Source of the DNA: an uncultured Anaerolineales bacterium
GTDB lineage: Bacteria; Chloroflexota; Anaerolineae; UBA1429
Length of the DNA stretch: 34,588 nt
Assembly: GCA_964624695.1 (NCBI GenBank)
Contig: CAZUZB010000014.1
Coordinates: 1-34,588 of the forward strand
Direction: 5' to 3'
The notes beneath the pieces are model-generated. The model ran no database searches, was not told the origin of the DNA, and saw nothing but the letters and a program-made list of their open reading frames with translations. The number at the start of each line of letters is the position of its first letter. The first letter of the stretch is position 1. This document shows positions 34,156 through 34,588 of the stretch, one piece after another. The position numbers and the translations under genes are program-made.

Positions 34156-34588
34156 ATTCCCGAGAACTGAGACGTGCTTCACAAGGTCGTGAGAGGATGG
34201 CTTCCTGGGCCCCCGGCCGTCCCTTGCCAAGGCGACCGTTATTAGGGAGCAGCCCGTGACCTTGTTGCGCGCCATGTTCAAGCGCCTATGGAGCCATCCG
34301 ATACATCGGGCCTTTCCCCTTTGCTTCTCGCTCACGCGACGGGTAGCTATCCTGTGCGGCATCGTTCCTCTAAACTGGCAAGAGCATCTCGAGCATCATA
34401 CTACAAGACATCTGGGTTCGCACCCCACCCGCGAATTCTCGGCAAGTATCTAGAATAACCGGCATCTAGCGCAGCCGGACGCTCTTCGGGACAGTTCAAA
34501 GATCAGGAAGCCCTGACGCAGGAGATATAACCAAAAAGTTGTGGATTGGTAGAGGAAGAAAGGCGGCGTATCCTGGGAGTTGCGACGA

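Noticed and set aside
33811-34588. ORFs 33811..34362(-) and 34256..34453(+) downstream of the aldolase gene
   Set aside because: The first overlaps the LsrF-like gene antisense. Both lack an SD and recognisable motifs, so the region after the terminator hairpin is left unannotated.
1-34588. CRISPR arrays, tRNA or rRNA genes, integron attC or large tandem repeats
   Set aside because: Reading through the window, I saw no regularly spaced direct repeats, no cloverleaf-like conserved tRNA strings (GTTCGAATC-type T-arms in context) and no rRNA-like segments. This was a by-eye scan only; tRNAscan, Infernal and a repeat finder should confirm it.

Overview
GC-rich bacterial chromosomal window (34,588 bp) with strong Shine-Dalgarno use. 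All family calls come from motifs read by eye in the supplied translations; no searches were run. I support about 24 intact protein genes, three decayed transposase genes, one apparently intact IS and several strong stem-loops. I saw no rRNA, tRNA or CRISPR. Layout: (1) 358-2392 (-): corrinoid-binding protein plus a URO-D-family methyltransferase-like gene. (2) 2460-5250: mobile-element graveyard, with a heavily decayed IS256-family transposase and a possible Tn3-like remnant. (3) 5811-9123: hybrid sensor kinase converging on, and overlapping, an atypical HTH/degenerate-HATPase/receiver protein. (4) 9661-21047 (+): CUT1-type sugar ABC uptake genes (Tat-lipoprotein SBP, two permeases, no ATPase), a nitrilase-superfamily hydrolase, a 748-aa uncharacterised Cys-rich protein, two tandem URO-D paralogues and an amidohydrolase. 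(5) 21137-23780: ISAs1-family pseudogene abutting an intact rve/DDE IS with 22/23-matched terminal inverted repeats. (6) 23792-34155 (+): the most interesting part. A GntR/HutC regulator with a near-consensus promoter and a palindromic operator precedes nine co-directional genes: small Cys4 protein, SDR with a truncated aldolase-like N-terminus, xylose-isomerase-like isomerase, form-IV RuBisCO-like protein (RLP), TPP-dependent E1 alpha and E1 beta, a lipoylated E2 whose acyltransferase His and Ser are replaced, a RhaB-like FGGY kinase and an LsrF-type class I aldolase/thiolase. To my knowledge this RLP context is undescribed. It looks like a rhamnose-type deoxy-sugar module whose class II aldolase has been replaced by different C-C cleavage chemistry. 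Transmembrane segments of the kinase and permeases are also encoded by sharply AT-rich codon islands.
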